From assembly GCA_035357435.1 (NCBI GenBank), contig DAOPNM010000002.1:1157-33156 (forward strand): DNA of 32,000 nucleotides, read 5' to 3'. The position numbers and the translations under genes were made by a program. How positions within the stretch are numbered: the first letter of the stretch is position 1; each line of letters starts with the position of its first letter. The notes below the pieces were generated by a model. It saw only the letters and a program-made list of their open reading frames with translations. It was not told the DNA's origin and did not search any database. The stretch comes from an archaeon. Lineage in GTDB: Archaea > Iainarchaeota > Iainarchaeia > Iainarchaeales > CSSED10-239. Positions 24,963-32,000 of the stretch are shown piece by piece.

Positions 24963-25431
24963 TTCAATATTTTTATTGATAATGCTTGCATTAATGGCAC
25001 CAACAATCTCATTATTAAATGTAAATCAAAATATTATAGATACCTCTAAACAAATAAATGAAATTGCCCTTACTTTAGATTCAGTAATTGCAGATGGAAT
25101 AAGCGATGCAGTAAAGATAGATAATTGTACTATTAATGATACAAACATAACCGCCAAAATAAACACATATATTGCAAACATAGAAAATGAAAGAAAAAAA
25201 TATTCATCAATAATATGTACATATGAACTAAATGGCTCAACATCTACAAACAATTATATTGGATACATCAATCTTGCTTGTAATTCACAAAACTCAATAA
25301 CAAAAATAAATATTAAAAAAAAATTATATTTTAACAAAAAGATAACAACAATTCCATCAGGAACATTATGTTATGTAAAAGTTGAAGATAATTTAGATTC
25401 AGGATACATACAAGTAGACCTAAACCAATAA
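24943..25431 (+). CDS. Type IV pilin-like protein D (class III signal peptide)
   Basis: MEKG/LFNSIFLLIMLALMAPTISLL fits K-G-L. The ATG at 24943 has GTGAGGA upstream; the track start at 24931 is that GTG. 4 Cys and 4 sequons. Confidence 0.55.
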   Translation: MEKGLFNSIFLLIMLALMAPTISLLNVNQNIIDTSKQINEIALTLDSVIADGISDAVKIDNCTINDTNITAKINTYIANIENERKKYSSIICTYELNGSTSTNNYIGYINLACNSQNSITKINIKKKLYFNKKITTIPSGTLCYVKVEDNLDSGYIQVDLNQ

Positions 25432-25445
25432 ATAATCATTAAAAA

Positions 25446-27233
25446 CTAAATTGTGAAATAATACTTCCCTTGTACCCTTTGTTCTTGATCTTTTTGAGAA
25501 CCTATTTTGTTTGCTCTTGGGCGTTTTGTATATTGATCTTGCCTAAATGTCATATTTTGTTCTTTCAAAAAATCATTAAAACCATTTTCTATAGAATCAA
25601 TTTTATTTGCAAAACCTTGTTTACCCGGTTCTCCTTTAAACAAAAGAATTCTATCAGAAACATAATTTACAAACAAAAGATCATGATCAACAATAAATGC
25701 AGGAACTCCTTTCACAGAAACAATTGTTTTAATAATATTTGCTAAAAGCAACCTTTGCTCAATATCTAAAAATGCAGATGGTTCATCTATTAAAAAAATA
25801 TCTACATTTTTTGAAAGTATATGGGCAATTGCAACTTTTTGAAGTTCACCACCAGATATTTCAGATATTTTTTTATCAAATATTTCTTCTAAACTTAATT
25901 GCTTCTTTATATATGTATTAAACACATCTGTATCTATGTCATTTCCAGAAAATAATTCAGAAACAAAAATATCTTGTGAATAATTAATGTATTGTGGTTT
26001 ATAACCTACCTTTAAAGAAATATCTAAACTTAAGTTATCAGGGAAAATTTCGCCAGCTAACATTTTAATAAATGTTGATTTCCCAATTGCATTTGCACCC
26101 AAAATCCCAATAATTTCGCCTTTATTAATGGTGCCACCTTGGACTTTTAGATTAAAAGAACCAATTGTTTTTTCTAAAAATGGATATGAAACCAATGGTG
26201 TTTTTGAAAGAAATTTATCAGTCTGAGGGTTAACAAAAGAAATCTCATAATTTCTTATTCTTATATTTTCTTCTTTAAGAAAACCTTCTAAAAACTGGTT
26301 AACACCTAACTTTGTTGTTTTTCTATTTGATGAAACACCATATGCTTGCTTTTTACCAAATAAAATATAAACATAATCGCTTATGTAATCTAATAGTGCT
26401 AAATCATGCTCAATAAATAAAATAGAATTGTTCGGATTAACCTTTTCTCTTAACAAGTTTGCTATCTTAAACCTTTGCTTAATATCTAAAAATGTAGAAA
26501 ACTCATCAAAAAAATAAAGGTTTGCATCTTTAAGAAGAGTTGCACCGATTGCAACTCTTTGAAGTTCTCCACCACTTACTTCTGAGGGTGTTTTATACAA
26601 AATATCTTTCAAATCTAATTCAGAAACAATTTTTTCCAAATCCTGTTTTGAAGAATTAACTTTAGATAACAAATCAATAATTTTATCATGAAAAACTAAA
26701 GGAATATCTTCAATCTTTTGTACTTTATATGCTATATTTACAGACTTATTTTTTAAATCAATAAAATGTTTTTGAAGTTCCTTTCCTCTAAAATATTCAA
26801 TAACTTTATCAATATCTCCTTTTTCATTATAGTTTCCTAAATTAGGAACAAGTACACCAGAAAGAATGTTTAATGAAGTAGATTTACCTGCACCATTTTG
26901 ACCAATAATCCCTGTAATTACACCTTTTTCCAGAAAAGGAATTGAATATAATCTAAATGAATTCTTTCCATATTGATGAAGAGGAGAACCCATTTTAATA
27001 CCAGTATTTATTATATTAATTGCTTTAAATGGACATTTATTTGGGCAAATCCCACAACCAGTACATAATTCTTCATTTATAATTGGAGGAACATTCTCTT
27101 TAACAACAACAATTGCATCTTGCCCCATTCTTACAACAGGACATGATCTTTGACATAAAAAATTACAGGATTTAGGTTGACATTTATCTTTATCAATAAT
27201 TGCAATACGTGTATATTCAGGCATAAAAATCAT
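25446..27233 (-). CDS. abcE1: ABCE1 / RNase L inhibitor homolog (ribosome recycling ATPase)
   Basis: N-terminal double 4Fe-4S region (CQPKSCNFLCQRSCPV, CTGCGICPNKCPF). Two ABC cassettes with GQNGAGKST / GANAIGKST and two SGGELQ signature motifs. An alternative ATG lies at 27224. Confidence 0.95.
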   Translation of the reverse strand: MIFMPEYTRIAIIDKDKCQPKSCNFLCQRSCPVVRMGQDAIVVVKENVPPIINEELCTGCGICPNKCPFKAINIINTGIKMGSPLHQYGKNSFRLYSIPFLEKGVITGIIGQNGAGKSTSLNILSGVLVPNLGNYNEKGDIDKVIEYFRGKELQKHFIDLKNKSVNIAYKVQKIEDIPLVFHDKIIDLLSKVNSSKQDLEKIVSELDLKDILYKTPSEVSGGELQRVAIGATLLKDANLYFFDEFSTFLDIKQRFKIANLLREKVNPNNSILFIEHDLALLDYISDYVYILFGKKQAYGVSSNRKTTKLGVNQFLEGFLKEENIRIRNYEISFVNPQTDKFLSKTPLVSYPFLEKTIGSFNLKVQGGTINKGEIIGILGANAIGKSTFIKMLAGEIFPDNLSLDISLKVGYKPQYINYSQDIFVSELFSGNDIDTDVFNTYIKKQLSLEEIFDKKISEISGGELQKVAIAHILSKNVDIFLIDEPSAFLDIEQRLLLANIIKTIVSVKGVPAFIVDHDLLFVNYVSDRILLFKGEPGKQGFANKIDSIENGFNDFLKEQNMTFRQDQYTKRPRANKIGSQKDQEQRVQGKYYFTI

Positions 27234-27244
27234 TCTTTTAAAAA

Positions 27245-28486
27245 CTATTTCATCAAAGCATTATATTCTTTCTCAGAAATATTTGCACCTAAAAACTTAA
27301 TTTCTTCATAATTAAGTCTAAAATAATAAATTAAATCTGCTGTATATTTATTTGATCTTGCAATAATCTCTAAAAAAGGAAGATGGTATTTCTGAATTAT
27401 GTGCTTGGAACAATAATACCTCTCTCTTACTTTATCTACAACTTTTGCTTTCAAATCTCTTTCCTTTTTATTTCCACTCATTGTTTTTAAATATGTTGGG
27501 AAAACAAATGGTTTATATCCTATATTTTTTTCTGGAAATTCTTTTGAATAAGCAATACCTATTGTTAAATAGTCTAAAATATATTTTAAAAGAGTCCAAT
27601 TTTGAGAATAAATTCTACCTAAATAAATATCTGCTTTACTTAACTTTTGTAATGCATTATTAAGATTATGTGGTTCTTTATACTGCCTTGGTATATTCTC
27701 TTCAACCCAAGACATCAACATCTTCCAATCAACATCCATTGAATCAACTACACTTTTTGTTTCATAAAAATCTTTTGCATAAAAAATTTTTTGCATAATC
27801 TTAAAGATGTCTTCATCTTTTTGTCTTTCACCTAAATTTTCTACATCTTCTAATGTTATTTTTTTAGATAGACTGAGAGTGCCTAAATCAATCAACAATG
27901 CCCTAACATCATTTTTTGCTTTCTCAACCAAAAGGTCAATTGCAGGCAAATCATAATCTATATCTTCTTTATCACAAACTTCTTTTGCAAACTTCTTTAA
28001 TAACAACTTGTTTGGAAGACTAAACTTAACTTGTTCACACTTAATAAACAAAGATTGTAACTTTTTATCTGCATAAGGATTATTTGCAATCAAAATAATA
28101 GGTTGTTTTGTTTTATCTAAAATCTTACTTAATTCTGATAAACAACCATAATCTTCAGATCCTCTTTTATCCGAAATTGCATCAATCTCATCTATAATAA
28201 TTACTCTTGTTTTCCCAAACAATGTCTTAGATGTACTTGCAATCAGAATAAGCTGAGCCATCATATCTTTACCTCTATCATCAGATGCATCTGTAAAATA
28301 CATTTCCCAGCCCATTTCTTTAGAAAGAAGAGTTGCAGCCAATGTTTTACCTATACCTGGTTCACCAAAAATAAATAATGGTTTCTTATGATCTTTTGCC
28401 CACATTTTTATTTGTAAAATCTCTTTTTTATGGCCTATTATTTCATCCAAACTTTTTGGAGTATACTTGTTTATAAAATTTTGCAT
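27245..28486 (-). CDS. rfcL: Replication factor C large subunit
   Basis: KYTPKSLDEIIGH, GEPGIGKTLAA (Walker A), TDASDDRG, IIIDEID (Walker B), ILIANN. It is divergent from PCNA. Confidence 0.9.
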   Translation of the reverse strand: MQNFINKYTPKSLDEIIGHKKEILQIKMWAKDHKKPLFIFGEPGIGKTLAATLLSKEMGWEMYFTDASDDRGKDMMAQLILIASTSKTLFGKTRVIIIDEIDAISDKRGSEDYGCLSELSKILDKTKQPIILIANNPYADKKLQSLFIKCEQVKFSLPNKLLLKKFAKEVCDKEDIDYDLPAIDLLVEKAKNDVRALLIDLGTLSLSKKITLEDVENLGERQKDEDIFKIMQKIFYAKDFYETKSVVDSMDVDWKMLMSWVEENIPRQYKEPHNLNNALQKLSKADIYLGRIYSQNWTLLKYILDYLTIGIAYSKEFPEKNIGYKPFVFPTYLKTMSGNKKERDLKAKVVDKVRERYYCSKHIIQKYHLPFLEIIARSNKYTADLIYYFRLNYEEIKFLGANISEKEYNALMK

Positions 28487-28550
28487 ATATGTTATTTATG
28501 TGTAACAATATTTAAAAATAAATCATTAGAATAATAATATGTGATAACAC

Positions 28551-29270
28551 ATGATAACTGTAAAACAAACAAACAACTTCAAAAAAAGTTTAGAAATAAT
28601 TTCTTCTCTTATTCAAGAAACAAACATTAGATTTAAAGAAGATGGAATATACATACAAGCAATAGATAAAACACAAGTATTACTGATTGACTTCAAAATG
28701 TCTAAATCTGTTTTTGAAACATATAATGTAGAACCAAACTATATTGGTGTAAATTTACTAGAAATCTATAATATAATTGCAAGATCTTTTGAAAAAGACA
28801 AAATACAAATAGATCTAAAAGAAAATTTTTTAGAAATACAACTAAATGGGCAAATACAGAGAAAATTTAATATTTCATATATTGAAACAGGAAAAGATGT
28901 TGTATCTATTCCTGATATAAAATTTGATGTTATATTTAACATAAATGCACATTTATTAAAAGAAATACTAAAAGATGCAAGTTTAATTGGAAATACAATA
29001 ATATTCAAAATACAAAATCAAAAATTAATAATAGAAACACAAGGCGAAAAAGGGAAAATAGAAACAACAATACCTAAAATTAAAATAAAATCAAAGAAAG
29101 ATAGTGTTATTTCTAAATATTCATTAACATATTTAAAAAATATAACAAAATCAATGGATGGAGAAAACGATATTGTCATAAAACTCAGTGAAGATTCACC
29201 ATTATTATTTGAATATAATTTGTCAACAGATATAAAAATAGAACTATATTTAAGTTCAATGTTAATTTAG
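28551..29270 (+). CDS. pcn: DNA polymerase sliding clamp PCNA
   Basis: 239 aa. FKKSLEIISSLIQETNIRFKEDGIYIQAIDKTQVLLIDFKM shows the PCNA N-terminal pattern, and the protein has a two-domain repeat layout. GTGAT SD upstream. Adjacent to rfcL. Confidence 0.9.
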   Translation: MITVKQTNNFKKSLEIISSLIQETNIRFKEDGIYIQAIDKTQVLLIDFKMSKSVFETYNVEPNYIGVNLLEIYNIIARSFEKDKIQIDLKENFLEIQLNGQIQRKFNISYIETGKDVVSIPDIKFDVIFNINAHLLKEILKDASLIGNTIIFKIQNQKLIIETQGEKGKIETTIPKIKIKSKKDSVISKYSLTYLKNITKSMDGENDIVIKLSEDSPLLFEYNLSTDIKIELYLSSMLI

Positions 29271-29286
29271 GAAAAAATAAAAAAAA

Positions 29287-31230
29287 CTAAATAGAAGGCT
29301 TTAAAGAAATACCATTCAAATGTTTAACCCTCTTTAAAAGATCTTCTTTTTTCTTACAATCTTTTAAAGCTATATGTAAAACATCCCAAATTGTTTTAAC
29401 TGGAATAATCTCTATCTTCCTTGCTACTTCTTCATGTAAAACAACATCTTCTAAATTAGAAGCAGGAATAATAACTTGCTTAATCTTTGCATCAACTGCA
29501 GCATTTATCTTTCCAGTAACACCACCTATTGGAAGAACCTCTCCTCTTACAGATAAAGAACCAGTCATTGCAAGATCTTGATTAATTGGAATACCTTCCA
29601 AAACAGAAATAACTGCAGTAGCAACAGAAATAGATGCAGAATCACCTTCTACATCATAGGTTTGTAAAAATTGGATATGAATATCATAATTTGCTATATC
29701 TTTACCTGTTAACTTCTTAAAAATTGCAGAAACATTTGAAACAGATTCTTTTGCAATTGTTCCTAATTTTCCAGTAGCAACAACTCTTCCATGTGTTCTT
29801 GATTGTGCAGGAGTTATTTCACATTCAATTGGAAGAACTACACCTGCCATGCTCTCTCCAACAACAGCAAGACCATTAACTCTTCCTTTCTCATAACCTT
29901 TTGTTTTATAAATATCATAATCTTTTTTAAAATCCATTAACTTCTTAACCATTTGTTCTTCTAAAGTTGCAGAAATCTTTTTAGCTTCAATAACTTCTTT
30001 TTTTGTAACATAAGATAAACCTTTTTCAATAGCAACATCCCCAGCAGCTCTTATTAAACCACCTAACTCTCTTAACTTTAAAGATAAATGATTCTTTCTT
30101 GTTGCCATCATTCTTGCTTCAAAAATAATTTCATCAACAGCCTCTTTCTTAAATGGAGGTATCTTTTTGTCTTTTGCAATTTCTTGAGCAACAAACTGTA
30201 CATATTTATTTCTGTTTTCAACAGTATTTGGAACATCTAAATTCATATGACATTCATAACCAGAACCTCTGATTCTAGATCTTATTGCAGGATGTACTCT
30301 TTCTAAATCTTTATAATTACCTGCTGCTACTAAAATAAAATCACAAGGCGCTGGTGTTGTTCTTACATTTGCACCACTTGATCTTTCACTTTGACCTGTT
30401 ATGCTATATTTCTTCTCTTGAATAATAGTTAATAACTCCTGTTGAGATTCAGGAGACAATGTTGCAATCTCGTCAATAAATAAAACACCACCATTTGCTT
30501 TATGGATCATTCCTGGAATAACTCTTTCATGTGCAGGAGTGCCTAAACCACCTGTTTGTAAAGGATCATGCAAAACATCACCTAACAATGCACCTGCTCT
30601 TGCACCAGTGGCATCTATAAAAGGAACTTGCTTTTTGTTGGAATTGTCAACTAAAACTTTAGGGATACCTAACTTTTCTTTTTTAATCATTTGAGTACTA
30701 AGAGAAAAACCCATAGTTAAAAAACCAGATAACAAAAGAAGAGCTGCAAAAATAACGTCTGAAACAATTTTTGCTTGCCATAAATATATAGAAAAAATAA
30801 GCCAAAATAGAGGAAAAATAAAACCTAAAATTTTTATTGTACTTCCACTTTTCATTGCACTAATCTTAGCTTGCTCTACAATTTTTTTACCTTCACCAGC
30901 AGGAACTTCTTTAATAATTGGTGTTTGTGGATCTTCTGGATTTGGAAAAACAACAATATCTTTTAAAGCATCTGCAGGCAAAATCTCTGCCAAAGCAGAA
31001 GCAACCATAGATTTACCAGTACCTGGATAACCTATTAACATTATATGCCTTTTCTGTTTTGCTGCCTTTTTAATCAAATTAATAGCATTTTCTTGGCCAA
31101 TAACTTGATCAATCATTTTTGGAGGAACAACTATTTCAGAAGTATCTGTATAATCTAAAGGCTTAGTTTCTGTCACTTTTTTTACTAACTTTTTATTTTT
31201 TAAAGTTTTTTTTACATTTTTAGAGGTCAT
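29287..31230 (-). CDS. lonB: Archaeal membrane-bound Lon protease LonB
   Basis: GYPGTGKSM (Walker A), LFIDEI (Walker B), two TM helices inserted in the AAA+ module, protease motifs [12 protein letters not shown] and [10 protein letters not shown]. Confidence 0.95.
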   Translation of the reverse strand: MTSKNVKKTLKNKKLVKKVTETKPLDYTDTSEIVVPPKMIDQVIGQENAINLIKKAAKQKRHIMLIGYPGTGKSMVASALAEILPADALKDIVVFPNPEDPQTPIIKEVPAGEGKKIVEQAKISAMKSGSTIKILGFIFPLFWLIFSIYLWQAKIVSDVIFAALLLLSGFLTMGFSLSTQMIKKEKLGIPKVLVDNSNKKQVPFIDATGARAGALLGDVLHDPLQTGGLGTPAHERVIPGMIHKANGGVLFIDEIATLSPESQQELLTIIQEKKYSITGQSERSSGANVRTTPAPCDFILVAAGNYKDLERVHPAIRSRIRGSGYECHMNLDVPNTVENRNKYVQFVAQEIAKDKKIPPFKKEAVDEIIFEARMMATRKNHLSLKLRELGGLIRAAGDVAIEKGLSYVTKKEVIEAKKISATLEEQMVKKLMDFKKDYDIYKTKGYEKGRVNGLAVVGESMAGVVLPIECEITPAQSRTHGRVVATGKLGTIAKESVSNVSAIFKKLTGKDIANYDIHIQFLQTYDVEGDSASISVATAVISVLEGIPINQDLAMTGSLSVRGEVLPIGGVTGKINAAVDAKIKQVIIPASNLEDVVLHEEVARKIEIIPVKTIWDVLHIALKDCKKKEDLLKRVKHLNGISLKPSI

Positions 31231-31349
31231 ATATAATTAACAACATCTTTTTAAAACAAAAATAGTTTTCAATTAAAACCAAAGTTTTAATATAAATATA
31301 ATATAAATAAAAACATTTAAAATAAGATTGTTTTTAAAAACAAAAACAA

Positions 31350-32000
31350 TTATTGACACATTGGAATATCACACATATCTCCAATACCATCTTTATCTGT
31401 ATCCCATTGGAGTGGATTTGGAGTAGTTGGGCAATTATCTACATTATTTAAAATACCATCATTTTCTGCATCTTGATCACAGGCGTCACCTATCCCATCT
31501 TGATCATAATCTCCTTGTCCAGGATTTATATCATCTGGACAATTATCACAAAGATTGCCTAAACCATCACCATCACTATCATTTTGATCTGGATTTTGAA
31601 CAATTGGGCAATTATCAGGAACAGTTTGACCAGGACATTGATCATTATTTAAAGGAAAACATAACAAATCATTATCGGCATCATAATCACAAGCATCACC
31701 AACATTATCACCATCTGCATCTGGTTGAACACCATTTACTTTTGGATTATACACTGTTGGGCAATTATCAAAATCATCTTGAACATTATCTGCATCTTGA
31801 TCAATATCACAAGCATTACCTATACCATCATTATCATCATCATTCTGATCTGGATTCCAATTATATTGACAATTATCACAAACATCTCCATAACCATCGC
31901 CTTCTGAATCTTCTTGATATGGATTATTATCCCATGGACAATTATCCACAGTATCTGGCACCCCATCTCCATCAGTATCAGGAATCAATGGTGCATAATC
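31350..32000 (-). CDS. Thrombospondin type-3 repeat (calcium-binding, Cys-rich) protein, C-terminal part. The CDS continues past the right window edge.
   Basis: At least 8 copies of DNCPxxxNPxQxDxDxDGxGDxCD-type units. The frame is open to position 32000 (..DYAPLIPDTDGDG). The track start at 31988 is only a TTG. Confidence 0.85.
   Translation of the reverse strand, partial: DYAPLIPDTDGDGVPDTVDNCPWDNNPYQEDSEGDGYGDVCDNCQYNWNPDQNDDDNDGIGNACDIDQDADNVQDDFDNCPTVYNPKVNGVQPDADGDNVGDACDYDADNDLLCFPLNNDQCPGQTVPDNCPIVQNPDQNDSDGDGLGNLCDNCPDDINPGQGDYDQDGIGDACDQDAENDGILNNVDNCPTTPNPLQWDTDKDGIGDMCDIPMCQ

Noticed and set aside
31328-31343. Perfect 16-nt palindrome TTGTTTTTAAAAACAA just downstream of the TSP3 gene stop
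   Set aside because: It is almost pure A/T with no loop, so it would form a very weak hairpin. It is more likely compositional, or simply part of a T-run terminator region.
31986-31988. Track start codon (TTG, shown as M) of the TSP3 repeat ORF
   Set aside because: The frame stays open to position 32000 and the upstream residues continue the repeat pattern, so this is a truncated gene rather than a real start.
1-32000. CRISPR arrays, transposases or integrases, toxin-antitoxin or other defence modules, and alternative genetic code
   Set aside because: No direct-repeat/spacer periodicity and no DDE, tyrosine or serine recombinase motifs were found. The only PIN protein sits in the conserved Fcf1-like ribosome-biogenesis slot. 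All conserved genes translate full-length with the standard code.

Overview
Strongly AT-rich, gene-dense archaeal chromosome segment; exact GC was not computed. Gene content and order suggest a small-genome, DPANN-like archaeon, though that assignment is my inference. GGTGA/GGAGG Shine-Dalgarno motifs precede most genes, and the standard genetic code gives long clean ORFs.

Most of the window is conserved informational core in textbook archaeal synteny:
- L7Ae-S28e-L24e-aIF5B-S6e-aIF2gamma-PIN(Fcf1-like)-Rpo7-Spt4-S24e-S27ae on the minus strand, about 3.4-9.8 kb. There is no ndk between L24e and aIF5B.
- L21e-Rpo4(RpoF)-DUF655-KsgA at 17.5-19.6 kb.
- TBP, an orphan 5S rRNA, tRNA-Asn(GTT) and Trm5.
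- ABCE1, RFC large subunit divergent from PCNA, and LonB.

Accessory and envelope content:
- A GT2 plus GT-C glycosyltransferase pair at the left edge.
- AglB (WWDYG oligosaccharyltransferase) plus a GT4 HexNAc-1-P transferase, followed directly by a four-gene operon of type IV pilin-like proteins with class III signal peptides.
- Two further tiny pilin-like paralogs inserted inside a tightly coupled scpA-scpB operon. That operon is headed by an uncharacterised coiled-coil protein where smc would normally sit.
- A secreted S16 (Lon-protease-domain) protein with a C-terminal TM and a SHOCT-like tail.
- A thrombospondin type-3 repeat protein running off the right edge.
- A 483-aa orphan that by eye looks like a miniaturised, catalytically dead family-B DNA polymerase relic.

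I saw no CRISPR array, transposase, integrase or recognisable defence system. All functional calls come from by-eye motif recognition and synteny. No searches were run.
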